A stretch of DNA of 32,000 bases from an uncultured Alphaproteobacteria bacterium (lineage in GTDB: Bacteria > Pseudomonadota > Alphaproteobacteria > Rs-D84 > CACZYB01), in assembly GCA_934246625.1 (NCBI GenBank), contig CAKQHZ010000001.1, positions 60,001 through 92,000 of the forward strand, written 5' to 3'. Under the pieces are notes generated by a model that ran no database searches, had not been told where the DNA came from, and was given only the letters and a program-made list of their open reading frames with translations. A program made the translations under genes and the position numbers. Shown one piece after another: positions 11,119-20,553 of this stretch (the stretch's first letter is position 1; each line of letters starts with the position of its first letter).

Positions 11119-11427
11119 CTATAACTCAACCTTTACATCAACACCAACAGACAAATTAAGATTCATCAAAGCATCAACTGTTTGTGGAGTTGGATTTATA
11201 ATATCTAAAACTCTTTTATGAGTTCTTATTTCAAATTGTTCACGTGATTTTTTGTTAACGTGTGTTGAACGGTTAACAGTAAATCTTTCTATTTTTGTAG
11301 GCAATGGTATTGGGCCAATAACCTCAGCACCTGTTCTTTTTGCAGTGCTTACAATTTCATGTACTGATTCATCTAAAACTTGATGATCAAACGCTTTTAA
11401 TCTAATTCTTATATTAGAATTTATCAT
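11119..11427 (-). CDS. rpsJ: 30S ribosomal protein S10
   Basis: [67 protein letters not shown]. Confidence 0.97.
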   Translation of the reverse strand: MINSNIRIRLKAFDHQVLDESVHEIVSTAKRTGAEVIGPIPLPTKIERFTVNRSTHVNKKSREQFEIRTHKRVLDIINPTPQTVDALMNLNLSVGVDVKVEL

Positions 11428-11573
11428 TTTTACTTTCCTTATTAACTTTTATAAATAGCACAAAAGTGTTTTAAGATACTAAATGAAAACAAATAGAAAA
11501 TCAAGCATTATTTTCAATAATTTTCATTTTTATTTATTTGCAAAGTAAAACACTATAAACTTTGCTGTGTAAG

Positions 11574-13649
11574 TTATGCCTTTTTAGCTTTAATTTCTTC
11601 AGCTACATTAGATGGAACATCAGCATAGTGATCAAATACCATTGTATATTGAGCACGACCTTGTGACATAGATCTTAATGTATTAACATAACCAAACATA
11701 TTTGCAAGTGGAACCATAGCAGTAATAACACGAGCATTACCTTCTGTTCCCATATTTCCAACTTGACCACGACGAGAATTGATATCACCAATAATATCAC
11801 CCATATATTCTTCAGGTGTAACGATTTCAACCTTCATAACAGGTTCAAGTAATTTTGGTTTTGCCTGTGGAATACCTTCACGGAATGCAGCACGAGCAGC
11901 AATTTCGAAAGCAAGTACAGAAGAGTCAACATCATGGTATGCACCATCAATCAAAGTTGCCTTAAAGTCTGTACATGGGTAACCAGCAACAACACCAGTT
12001 TCTTTTGCAATATTAAATCCTTTTTCAACACCTGGAATATATTCTTTTGGAACATTACCACCAACGATTTGACTTTCAAATTTAAAGCCTTCACCAGGTT
12101 TTAATGGTTCAAGTAATACTTTAATTTTAGCGAATTGACCAGAACCACCAGATTGTTTTTTATGAGTATATTCAACTGTATATGGTTGAGAAATTGTTTC
12201 ACGATAAGCAACTTGTGGAGCACCAATATTTGCTTCAACCTTAAATTCACGTTTCATTCTGTCAACAATAATATCAAGATGTAGTTCACCCATACCAGCG
12301 ATAATTGTTTGACCAGATTCTTGATCAGTTGTAACTTTAAAAGAAGGATCTTCTACAGCAAGTTTTTGAAGTGCAAGACCCATTTTTTCAACATCAGCCT
12401 TTGTTTTTGGTTCAACCGCAACTTGAATAACAGGATCTGGGAAATCCATTTTTTCAAGAATTATTGGTTTTGATTCATCACAAAGTGTATCACCTGTTGT
12501 TGTATCCTTTAAACCAACAAGAGCAATAATATCACCAGCAAATGCTTCTTTTATTTCTTGTCTGTTATTTGAGTGCATTAAAATCATACGACCAATACGT
12601 TCCTTTTTATCCTTTACAGAATTATAAACGTATGAACCAGCTTCTAATTTACCAGAATAAACACGAGTAAATGTAAGAGAACCAACAAATGGGTCATTCA
12701 TAATTTTAAATGCAAGAGCAGAGAATGGAGCATCATCAGATGGATGTCTTTCATCTTCTGTATCAGTTTTTGGATTGATACCTTTAATAGCTGGAATATC
12801 AGCAGGTGAAGGTAAGTAATCAACAACACAATCAAGTAAGTATTGAACACCTTTGTTTTTAAATGATGAACCACAGAAAACAGGGAAAATTTTCATTGCA
12901 AGAGTTCCCTTTCTGATACACTTTTTAAGAGTTTCCAAATCAGGTTCTTTACCTTCAAGATAATCTTCCATAGCTTTGTCGTCAAATTCAACAACAGCAT
13001 CAAGAAGTTCAGTTCTTGCCTTTTCAGCTTTTTCTTTTAATTCTGCTGGAATATCCAAAATATCATAAGAAGCACCCATATCTTCAGAATGCCAAACCAA
13101 AGCCTTCATAGTTACCAAATCAACAATACCTTTGAAATCAGCTTCTGCACCGATAGCTAAACACAAAGAAACAGCATTAGCACCAAGTCTATCACGAATT
13201 GTTCCAACACAATATTCATAATTTGCACCAATACGGTCCATTTTGTTAATGAAGCAAATACGAGGAACTTTATATTTATCAGCTTGTCTCCAAACTGTTT
13301 CTGATTGAGGTTGAACACCTGCAACACCTTCGAAAACAGCTACTGCACCGTCCAAAACACGAAGTGAACGTTCAACTTCAACTGTGAAATCAACGTGCCC
13401 CGGTGTGTCGATAAGATTAATTCTGTGATTTTTCCAATAGCAAGTTGTTGCTGCTGAAGTAATAGTGATACCACGTTCTTGTTCTTGTTCCATCCAGTCC
13501 ATAGTTGCGCCACCTTCGTGAACTTCACCTATTTTATGAGTTTTACCTGTATAGAACAAAATACGTTCTGATGTTGTTGTTTTACCAGCATCAATATGAG
13601 CCATGATACCGATATTTCTATAATTTTCTAAAGCAGTAGTCCTTGCCAT
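11574..13649 (-). CDS. fusA: Translation elongation factor G
   Basis: 691 aa. G1 [21 protein letters not shown]3 DTPGHVDF, G4 NKMD. Full EF-G domain length. Follows rpsG. Confidence 0.98.
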   Translation of the reverse strand: MARTTALENYRNIGIMAHIDAGKTTTSERILFYTGKTHKIGEVHEGGATMDWMEQEQERGITITSAATTCYWKNHRINLIDTPGHVDFTVEVERSLRVLDGAVAVFEGVAGVQPQSETVWRQADKYKVPRICFINKMDRIGANYEYCVGTIRDRLGANAVSLCLAIGAEADFKGIVDLVTMKALVWHSEDMGASYDILDIPAELKEKAEKARTELLDAVVEFDDKAMEDYLEGKEPDLETLKKCIRKGTLAMKIFPVFCGSSFKNKGVQYLLDCVVDYLPSPADIPAIKGINPKTDTEDERHPSDDAPFSALAFKIMNDPFVGSLTFTRVYSGKLEAGSYVYNSVKDKKERIGRMILMHSNNRQEIKEAFAGDIIALVGLKDTTTGDTLCDESKPIILEKMDFPDPVIQVAVEPKTKADVEKMGLALQKLAVEDPSFKVTTDQESGQTIIAGMGELHLDIIVDRMKREFKVEANIGAPQVAYRETISQPYTVEYTHKKQSGGSGQFAKIKVLLEPLKPGEGFKFESQIVGGNVPKEYIPGVEKGFNIAKETGVVAGYPCTDFKATLIDGAYHDVDSSVLAFEIAARAAFREGIPQAKPKLLEPVMKVEIVTPEEYMGDIIGDINSRRGQVGNMGTEGNARVITAMVPLANMFGYVNTLRSMSQGRAQYTMVFDHYADVPSNVAEEIKAKKA

Positions 13650-13676
13650 AATAGTTTCCTTATTCCTTTTATAAAA

Positions 13677-14147
13677 TTACCATCTAAAGTGTGAGAAAGC
13701 TTTGTTAGCTTCAGCCATTTTATGAACATCAGCTTTTTTCTTTAATGAAGCACCATTTCCAGCAAGAATATCCATAAATTCACCAGAAAGTCTTTCAGCC
13801 ATTGTTTTTTCACCACGTTTTCTTGCAGCTTCAATAATCCAACGAATAGCAAGAGCTTCACGTCTTGCAGGACGAACTTCTGTTGGAACTTGGTATGTTG
13901 CACCACCAACACGACGAGAACGAACTTCAAGAGCAGGTTTTACTTTGTCAACCAATTCAATAAATTGTTCAAGTTCATCTTTTTTTGTTTTTGATTTAAC
14001 TGTATCTAAAGCCTTATACATAATGCCACTAGCAACAGTTCTTTTACCATCAACCATTAAATAGTTCATAAATTTAGAAATTAAAAGATTTCCATATTTT
14101 GGATCTGGATTGATAATGCGTTTATCAGCTTTTTTTCTTCTTGACAT
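13677..14147 (-). CDS. rpsG: 30S ribosomal protein S7
   Basis: [20 protein letters not shown] ... [31 protein letters not shown] ... [14 protein letters not shown]. Confidence 0.97.
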   Translation of the reverse strand: MSRRKKADKRIINPDPKYGNLLISKFMNYLMVDGKRTVASGIMYKALDTVKSKTKKDELEQFIELVDKVKPALEVRSRRVGGATYQVPTEVRPARREALAIRWIIEAARKRGEKTMAERLSGEFMDILAGNGASLKKKADVHKMAEANKAFSHFRW

Positions 14148-14163
14148 ATTAACTCCTTAAATT

Positions 14164-14535
14164 TTATTTAGGTCTTTTAGCACCGTATAATGAACGACCT
14201 TGTTTTCTGTTTGCAACACCTTGAGTATCAAGAACACCACGAATAATGTGATATCTAACACCAGGTAAGTCCTTTACTCTTCCACCACGAATCATAACAA
14301 CAGAGTGTTCTTGTAAGTTATGACCAACACCAGGAATGTATGCTGTTACTTCGTAACCATTAACTAATTTAACACGTGCAACTTTACGTAAAGCAGAGTT
14401 AGGTTTTTTTGGAGTTGTTGTATAAACTCTTGTGCAAACGCCACGTTTTTGTGGGTTTTGTTGCATTGCTGGGACCTTTGATTTTTTAACTTTATCAGTC
14501 CTTGGATGTTTAATCAACTGATTTATAGTTGGCAT
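14164..14535 (-). CDS. rpsL: 30S ribosomal protein S12
   Basis: [12 protein letters not shown] ... [60 protein letters not shown]. Confidence 0.98.
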   Translation of the reverse strand: MPTINQLIKHPRTDKVKKSKVPAMQQNPQKRGVCTRVYTTTPKKPNSALRKVARVKLVNGYEVTAYIPGVGHNLQEHSVVMIRGGRVKDLPGVRYHIIRGVLDTQGVANRKQGRSLYGAKRPK

Positions 14536-14608
14536 ATTTATATCCTTTTTTTTGTTTTTACAATAATTTAACTTATAGATTCAAGAATCTATCTTATAAA
14601 GTGAAAGT

Positions 14609-14637
14609 ATCGTAATACTTATATTAGAAAGAGTCAA
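14609..14637 (-). promoter_or_regulatory. Putative sigma70-type promoter of the rpsL-rpsG-fusA operon
   Basis: On the minus strand, TTGACT (14632-14637), a 17-nt spacer, then TACGAT (14609-14614). This lies about 70 nt upstream of the rpsL ATG. The leader contains the palindrome ATAGATTC-AA-GAATCTAT at 14575-14592. Confidence 0.35.
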
Positions 14638-14778
14638 CAAAATTTTGATTTTTTTATTTTATTTTTTTTCTAAATTTAAAAAATTTTCTTAAAAAACCCT
14701 TATTTTTTTACTTGACTAAATTTTATTTTCGTATATAAAACTATTATAATATATAAATAAAATGTATGGAGTTAAAAA

Positions 14779-15120
14779 ATGCACTATTTAGACAAAGGTA
14801 TAAAATTCGAAATGAAAAGAAGAAAAAAAGCTGACAGAAAAGAAAAACATCAACAAAAAGTAAAACGTTTTTGGGAACTTTATTCTGAAACTTTAAAACT
14901 AATAGAAAAAATAAATCAAGTTTCACAAAATATTGATAATTACAATATTCTTATTGACGATTATTTAACAGCTCCTCACAGATATCAAAATCTAAATTTT
15001 CCTCAAGTAGAATTTGACCTTCAAGTTGAAAAGGATAAATATAAAAGTCTTTTAAAAGAACTTAAAAAATCTCCAAATATATTTGATGCTTTTTACAGAG
15101 CTTTTATAAAGACTAAATAA
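14779..15120 (+). CDS. Hypothetical lysine-rich, probably helical protein (113 aa)
   Basis: ORF preceded by TGGAG 8 nt upstream of the ATG and by a TTGACT box at 14712-14717. Co-directional with birA with a 40-nt gap. No motif recognised. Confidence 0.55.
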   Translation: MHYLDKGIKFEMKRRKKADRKEKHQQKVKRFWELYSETLKLIEKINQVSQNIDNYNILIDDYLTAPHRYQNLNFPQVEFDLQVEKDKYKSLLKELKKSPNIFDAFYRAFIKTK

Positions 15121-15160
15121 TTTATTTACTTCTTTGCAATGTGTGTTATATTTAGTCATT

Positions 15161-15898
15161 ATGTTTAATGTTAACGAGTTTAAGTTTATTCATCTTGAAA
15201 GTATAACCAGCACAAATGATTATGCAAAGGAATTGTTCTTTTCTGAAAAAGTAAGCAATTTTGTTGTTATTGCAGATACTCAAACAAATGGGAAAACGAC
15301 AAAAAATTCTTCCCCATGGCAAAGTCCAGTGGGAAATTTGTATATGAGTATGACTATAAAACTAATTCCTGAAATTGAAAGATTTACACATTTGCTTTCA
15401 TTTATAACTGCCCTATCCCTTACCGAAGTGGTAAAGGACATTTCACCAAATGCAAATATAAAAATAAAATGGCCTAATGATGTTTTACTTAATGTAAAAA
15501 AACTTTCTGGAATTTTAATTGAAAAGGAAAATGATATTATCGTTATTGGTATTGGTGTAAATATATTATCTTCACCAAAAACAAATAATATCAAATATCC
15601 AACAACTTCATTAAAAGAAGCTGGTATAGATATTGATAAAATTAAATTTGCAAAACTTTTAACAAAAAAGATTATTGAAAACCTTAATAATGCTATAAAA
15701 ACAAAATTTTCAAGTTTGATTGATGATATAAAGCCTTATATGTATAAAATAAATGATACTATATATGTAGACTTTAACAATGAAATCATTGTTGGAAAGT
15801 TTGAAAATCTTGATATAAACGGCGGTATTATCATAAAAACAGACCGCGAAACAAAAACTTTACTTTCTGGAACACTGACAAAGGAAAACTTTATTTAG
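15161..15898 (+). CDS. birA: Biotin--[acetyl-CoA-carboxylase] ligase, group I (no N-terminal HTH)
   Basis: KWPNDVLLNVKKLSGILIE and WQSPVGNLYMSM match BirA catalytic-core signatures, as does ESITSTNDYAKE near the N-terminus. Start placed at the second in-frame ATG (15161) by family length; the track ORF begins at 15134. The glycine/arginine biotin-binding loop is degenerate (see findings). Confidence 0.85.
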   Translation: MFNVNEFKFIHLESITSTNDYAKELFFSEKVSNFVVIADTQTNGKTTKNSSPWQSPVGNLYMSMTIKLIPEIERFTHLLSFITALSLTEVVKDISPNANIKIKWPNDVLLNVKKLSGILIEKENDIIVIGIGVNILSSPKTNNIKYPTTSLKEAGIDIDKIKFAKLLTKKIIENLNNAIKTKFSSLIDDIKPYMYKINDTIYVDFNNEIIVGKFENLDINGGIIIKTDRETKTLLSGTLTKENFI

Positions 15899-16199
15899 CC
15901 TTCTTTATTTTGGAATCAGTAAATCCGCTTATAAAATTTTTAAATTTATAATCAAATGTATTTTGTTCATAAATTTTGCAATAGCTAATCAATGTATTTG
16001 AGATAAATTCCTTCATATCATCAGGAATTATGTTTTGTGCCTCGTCATCATTTATCCATTCATTTAATAATGCCAAAAAATCCTTAAACAATCTTGAATT
16101 AGATTTATTTGATTGTGTAAGATTTTCAATCTTTGTTATATATTTATTAACAAAGGGTGATGACTTTTCATAAACATTTTCTTTTTTTACTTTTTTCAT
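15891..16199 (-). CDS. Hypothetical protein (102 aa), last gene of the nusB-lepA transcription unit
   Basis: ORF with AAGGAAG 7 nt upstream of the ATG and a 6-nt gap after the preceding ORF. No recognisable motif. Its 3' end overlaps the birA 3' end by 8 nt (convergent). Confidence 0.55.
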   Translation of the reverse strand: MKKVKKENVYEKSSPFVNKYITKIENLTQSNKSNSRLFKDFLALLNEWINDDEAQNIIPDDMKEFISNTLISYCKIYEQNTFDYKFKNFISGFTDSKIKKAK

Positions 16200-16209
16200 A
16201 ATATCTTCC

Positions 16210-16503
16210 TTAACGCTGATTTTTTAATTCAAATAAATATTTAATATTGTTTTCATCAAATTCATTTTCGACAAGACATATATATTTTTTAAATTCATTT
16301 AAAATTTCTATTATTCCCAAAAGTTTTAGTTGATGTCTTGCAAAACTATCTGAAAGAAATTCCTTACGCTTTACCTGTAATAATTCGTATTTAACAGATG
16401 ATAAATTTGACATTTCATATATTTGTTTCATTTGATTGAGATAATATTCTTTTACCAATGTTTTGGTTTTCATTTTTGTGTTGTTTTTATCAACTATGTT
16501 CAT
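16210..16503 (-). CDS. Hypothetical protein (97 aa), translationally coupled to lepA
   Basis: The start ATG overlaps the lepA stop (minus-strand TAATG, shared base 16503). Predicted helical. No recognisable motif. Confidence 0.6.
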   Translation of the reverse strand: MNIVDKNNTKMKTKTLVKEYYLNQMKQIYEMSNLSSVKYELLQVKRKEFLSDSFARHQLKLLGIIEILNEFKKYICLVENEFDENNIKYLFELKNQR

Positions 16504-18308
16504 TATTCATCTCCTATTTTCAAGGCTTGGATAAATGCTTCTTGAGGAATTTCCACAGAACCAAACATACGCATTTTCTTTTTACCCTTCTTTTGTTTAT
16601 CAAGAAGTTTTCTTTTACGACTTATATCTCCACCATAACATTTTGCAAGAACATCTTTTCGATATGCAGATATTGTTTCACGAGCAATAACCTTTGCACC
16701 GATTGCTGCTTGAATTGGAATTTTAAACATATGGCGAGGGATTAAATCCTTTAACTTTGCACATATTGCCCTACCTCGCTTTTCTACTTCGGTTTTATGA
16801 GCAATGAATGATAAAGCCTCTACCGGTTCTTCGTTTATAAGGATTGATACCTTTGCAAGTTCGGCTTCTTGATACTCACAAAGTTCATAATCAAAACTTG
16901 CATAACCAGAGCTGATAGATTTTAATCTGTCATAAAAATCAAATACGATTTCGTTAAGAGGTAATTTATAAACCAACATAGCACGAGAACCTACATAAGT
17001 AAGATTTTCTTGAACACCACGTCTGTCTGTGCAAAGTTTTAAAATTGAACCCAAATATTCATCTGGGGTCATAATTGTTGCACGGACAAGAGGCTCCTCC
17101 ATATACTTTATTTTACTTGGGTCAGGCATATCCGCAGGATTCATCAAAGTCAATTCTTCACCATTTGTAAGATAAATTTTATATGCAACTGATGGGGCAG
17201 TATTGATTATATCCAAATTAAATTCACGACTTATACGTTCTTGGATAATTTCCATGTGAAGAAGTCCCAAAAATCCACAACGGAAACCAAAACCCAAAGC
17301 AGTAGAGTTTTCAATTTCGTGTGTAAAACTTGCATCATTTAAAGATAACTTTGCGATTGCTTCTTTTAATGCAGGATAATCACTTGCATCAACTGGAAAC
17401 ATTGATGAAAACACAACTGGCACAGATGGTTTGAACCCCTCTAATGGTTTATCTGTTGGATTTTTTTCATCGGTTATTGTATCACCAACTTTGCAATCAG
17501 AAAGTTGTTTAATGCCACTTATGATATACCCTACTTCACCAGAATAAAGTTCATCAACCTGTTGCATTTTTGGTGTAAAGACACCGATTTGTTCGGCTTT
17601 GTAAATAGATTTATTGGACATCATCTTAATAGATTGTCCCTTTTTAATTGTGCCTTCCTTTATACGGACAAGCATAACGACACCCAAAAAAGTATCATAC
17701 CAGCTGTCAACAAGAAGTGCCTTTAGTGGAGCATCATCTTTGTCCTCTGGAGCAGGAAGTCGTTCAACTATCGCTTCAAGCACATTATCAATGCCAAGTC
17801 CAGTTTTTGCAGAAATAAGCAAAGCATTTGAGGCATCAATACCAATCACATCTTCAATTTGTTGCTTTACCCTTTCTGGGTCAGCAGCAGGAAGGTCAAT
17901 TTTATTTAATACAACTTCGATTTGAAGGTTTGCGTCTATTGCCTTATATACATTTGCCAAAGTTTGAGCCTCTACCCCTTGACTTGCATCAACAACAAGT
18001 AATGCACCTTCGCAAGCAGAAAGAGAACGAGAAACTTCGTAGGAAAAATCAACGTGCCCCGGTGTATCAATAATATTTAATTGATACATTTGACCATTTT
18101 TTGCCTTATAATTCAAACGAACAGTTTGTGCCTTTATAGTAATTCCACGTTCACGTTCAATATCCATATTATCAAGAAGTTGTTCCTTCATTTCACGTTC
18201 ACTTATAGCCCCACATGCTTGGATAAGACGGTCTGCAAGTGTAGATTTACCATGGTCGATATGTGCAACGATAGAAAAATTTCGAATATTTGATTTTGGT
18301 GTTTTCAT
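16503..18308 (-). CDS. lepA: Translation elongation factor 4 (LepA)
   Basis: 601 aa. G1 [27 protein letters not shown]. LepA-type C-terminal region [28 protein letters not shown]. Confidence 0.98.
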   Translation of the reverse strand: MKTPKSNIRNFSIVAHIDHGKSTLADRLIQACGAISEREMKEQLLDNMDIERERGITIKAQTVRLNYKAKNGQMYQLNIIDTPGHVDFSYEVSRSLSACEGALLVVDASQGVEAQTLANVYKAIDANLQIEVVLNKIDLPAADPERVKQQIEDVIGIDASNALLISAKTGLGIDNVLEAIVERLPAPEDKDDAPLKALLVDSWYDTFLGVVMLVRIKEGTIKKGQSIKMMSNKSIYKAEQIGVFTPKMQQVDELYSGEVGYIISGIKQLSDCKVGDTITDEKNPTDKPLEGFKPSVPVVFSSMFPVDASDYPALKEAIAKLSLNDASFTHEIENSTALGFGFRCGFLGLLHMEIIQERISREFNLDIINTAPSVAYKIYLTNGEELTLMNPADMPDPSKIKYMEEPLVRATIMTPDEYLGSILKLCTDRRGVQENLTYVGSRAMLVYKLPLNEIVFDFYDRLKSISSGYASFDYELCEYQEAELAKVSILINEEPVEALSFIAHKTEVEKRGRAICAKLKDLIPRHMFKIPIQAAIGAKVIARETISAYRKDVLAKCYGGDISRKRKLLDKQKKGKKKMRMFGSVEIPQEAFIQALKIGDE

Positions 18309-18351
18309 ATCTGTCGTCCTTAAATCATCTTATACTTTAAAAAGATTGAAA

Positions 18352-18807
18352 CTATTTTTTCATTTCGTGTGAAATTTTATCCAATACTGCATTTACCAAA
18401 GCTGTTTTTGTTGATGGATAAAATTCATTTGCAATCTTTGTATATTCAGCAATAATCACACCTGATGGAGTATTTTCACGGAACAACAATTCAAATGCAC
18501 CAACACGAATTATTGAAATAACAAGTTGGTCATTTTTCTTTATATCTATTTTAAGGTTTTTATTTATTACATTATCAATTTCTTCTTGATTACGAATAAC
18601 ACCCTTTACAAGATAAGAAAATAATTTTGAATTTATTTGTGCAGGTTTGTTATCATCAGTATCTTCTTCTGATAAAAATGATTTGTTTTTAAAATAACGC
18701 ATCATCTTTCCACTTAACTTTTCACCCATAAAAATAACTGAATATATACATTGGATTGCTGCTACTCGAGTATTTGTTGTAATATTTTCTATAACTTTGT
18801 CTGACAT
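18352..18807 (-). CDS. nusB: Transcription antitermination factor NusB
   Basis: 151 aa. RVAAIQCIYSV near the N-terminus and AFELLFRENTPSGVIIAEYTKIANEF ... ALVNAVLDKI near the C-terminus fit the NusB fold. Lies 43 nt upstream of lepA. Confidence 0.85.
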   Translation of the reverse strand: MSDKVIENITTNTRVAAIQCIYSVIFMGEKLSGKMMRYFKNKSFLSEEDTDDNKPAQINSKLFSYLVKGVIRNQEEIDNVINKNLKIDIKKNDQLVISIIRVGAFELLFRENTPSGVIIAEYTKIANEFYPSTKTALVNAVLDKISHEMKK

Positions 18808-18932
18808 AATAACCTTCCTATATTTAATTTCTGTAATATATAATATAATATTTAAAAAATAAAGGCAAAAATTTACTTTACAAATATATTTTTTTTGTTT
18901 TATAGTCTTTTATAAGATAAAAGGAGTATATT

Positions 18933-19415
18933 ATGGTAGAAGATTTTCTTGATTATAACAAAATGCTTGATAATGCCTTGATTGGTATTGTTAAAAATTC
19001 GCTTATGCTTGTGGCTGATAATGGACTTCCTGGAAATCACTTCTTTTATATTACATTTAAAACTTCTATTAAGGGAGTTATTCTTCCTGATTTCCTTTAT
19101 AAACAATATCCTGATTCCCTTACAATCATAATTCAACACGAATTTTCAAATCTTTCTGTGAATGACCGCGAATTTGGTATTACTTTATCATTTAACAATC
19201 AAAATTATCATATTGTTGTGCCATTTAATGCTTTGATGGTATTTTATGATAAATCTGTTGATTTTTCATTGACTTTCACTCCTTATGAAATAAAGGACGA
19301 AGTAAAGGAAGTTGAACCAGAATTATCATTTACCGATGACGACAGTGGCAATATCATTTCAATTTCAAATTTTATAAAAAGAAATACTTCACCAAGTGGT
19401 GATGATGTAGCCTAA
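18933..19415 (+). CDS. sspB: ClpXP adaptor SspB (alphaproteobacterial type)
   Basis: YNKMLDNALIGIVKNSL..VADNGLPGNHFFYITFKT ... PDSLTIIIQHEFSNLSVNDREFGITLSF ... VVPFNALMVFYD resembles the alpha-type SspB family from memory. Flexible acidic C-terminal tail. RBS AAAGGAG upstream. Confidence 0.75.
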   Translation: MVEDFLDYNKMLDNALIGIVKNSLMLVADNGLPGNHFFYITFKTSIKGVILPDFLYKQYPDSLTIIIQHEFSNLSVNDREFGITLSFNNQNYHIVVPFNALMVFYDKSVDFSLTFTPYEIKDEVKEVEPELSFTDDDSGNIISISNFIKRNTSPSGDDVA

Positions 19416-20488
19416 AGATTTCTTATTTTATCAAGAATATAAAGTATAAACAAAGCATAAATACTTAAAAGCAGTATTGATTTTGTTATCCATTTTTTTG
19501 ATTTATTTATAAAAATAAACATAACAAGTAATATTAAAGCTATGCTTAAAAATTTAAGATTATGGATACAATCCAATGATGATACACTCAAAAATATTTC
19601 TGTTTTATAGATTATATTATAAAGCATAACAGGAAAACCGACACAAAAACTTATATTAAAAATATTGGAACCAAACGCATTTGTGATTGCATCATTGAAT
19701 TTATTTATTCTTGCTTCCTTTATTGATATAATTGTATCAGGCACAGAAGTTGCAATCGCTGTAATTGTCATTGCAATCAAATAACTTGGGATATGTAAAA
19801 TTTCACCTATTACATAACTGTTTGATACCAAAATTTTACAGGCAAAATACAAAAGACAAATACTTATTCCCAAAACAATTAGCGAATTTTTGTAATTTAT
19901 TTTTTTTGAATATGGGAAAAATAATCTAAATAAATCTATATCCAATATAGCATTTAAAAGACTTTTCTTTTTTGGTAAATTAAAATTACTTTTTACGTTG
20001 TTATTGTTTTTTGCATTGAAAATAATTACCAAATATAAAAAATATATTAGGACAAGAAATATTGATGAAAGCAATGATATTTTACCGACTGAAAGAATTG
20101 TCATCAATGAAATTTGTGTAAAAATTAAAAATAAACTATCACGAATTAAAATTCTTCTTTCAAACCTTAATTTTGAAAGATTATCAAAAAAATAGCACGC
20201 AAGTATCACAAAAAATGGGATTACAGTAATGTTATAAATTACCGTGCCAGTTGTATTTGCAATACCAAACATTACTCCATCATTATGTGTATAATGGAAA
20301 ATTGCAATAAATGAAGTCATAAATTCTGGGAATGAACTTCCTATTGCATTTATACTTGCACCTCTGGTTCCTGTTGGCATTTTTTGTCCCAAAAACAATG
20401 ATGCAGTTTGAAAAGAGTTGCAAACTTTCCATATTACAAATGACGAAAATATTATCAAAAATAAATGATACAAAAGCATCATATTCAC
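19412..20488 (-). CDS. CaCA-family cation/Ca2+ exchanger (YrbG-like Na+/Ca2+ antiporter)
   Basis: 358-aa polytopic membrane protein with the two CaCA alpha-repeats: GASINAIGSSFPEFMTSF..GIANTTGTVIYNITVI and AIATSVPDTIISIKEAR..AITNAFGSNIFNISF. Confidence 0.8.
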   Translation of the reverse strand: MNMMLLYHLFLIIFSSFVIWKVCNSFQTASLFLGQKMPTGTRGASINAIGSSFPEFMTSFIAIFHYTHNDGVMFGIANTTGTVIYNITVIPFFVILACYFFDNLSKLRFERRILIRDSLFLIFTQISLMTILSVGKISLLSSIFLVLIYFLYLVIIFNAKNNNNVKSNFNLPKKKSLLNAILDIDLFRLFFPYSKKINYKNSLIVLGISICLLYFACKILVSNSYVIGEILHIPSYLIAMTITAIATSVPDTIISIKEARINKFNDAITNAFGSNIFNISFCVGFPVMLYNIIYKTEIFLSVSSLDCIHNLKFLSIALILLVMFIFINKSKKWITKSILLLSIYALFILYILDKIRNL

Positions 20489-20553
20489 CCTATTTATATT
20501 TTATAACTATAAAGAAATATATGTGTATTGCCAATAGGTTTAAAATCAAATAA

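Noticed and set aside
11540-11565. The hairpin GCAAAGT...ACTTTGC after fusA, considered as a rho-independent terminator.
   Set aside because: It has a 7-bp AU-rich stem with a 12-nt loop and is followed by AAAUAAAU rather than a U-tract. It cannot be supported as an intrinsic terminator.
14640-14760. Highly repetitive-looking A/T tracts upstream of rpsL, considered as a possible repeat array or CRISPR-like structure.
   Set aside because: It contains only homopolymeric A and T runs with no periodic unit or spacers. This is consistent with a curved or UP-element-like promoter region.
14744-14926. Minus-strand 60-aa ORF overlapping the start of the 113-aa plus-strand ORF.
   Set aside because: Its translation is poly-Phe/Leu low complexity from an A/T-tract region, and it has no RBS. 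The plus-strand ORF has both an RBS and a promoter-like box.
15280-15594. Antisense ORF inside birA. Antisense or out-of-frame ORFs also lie inside lepA (16458-16745, 17505-17726, 17614-17925, 17828-18073, 18081-18293).
   Set aside because: They are embedded in confidently identified genes and have no independent signals.
18900-19139. Minus-strand 79-aa ORF overlapping the sspB start.
   Set aside because: sspB has a strong RBS and family-like sequence. The antisense ORF has neither.
19998-20553. Plus-strand ORFs 19998-20195 and 20332-20553 opposite the CaCA gene, and 21779-21991 opposite the DUF560 gene.
   Set aside because: They are antisense to membrane-protein genes that have clear family motifs, and their sequences are low complexity.
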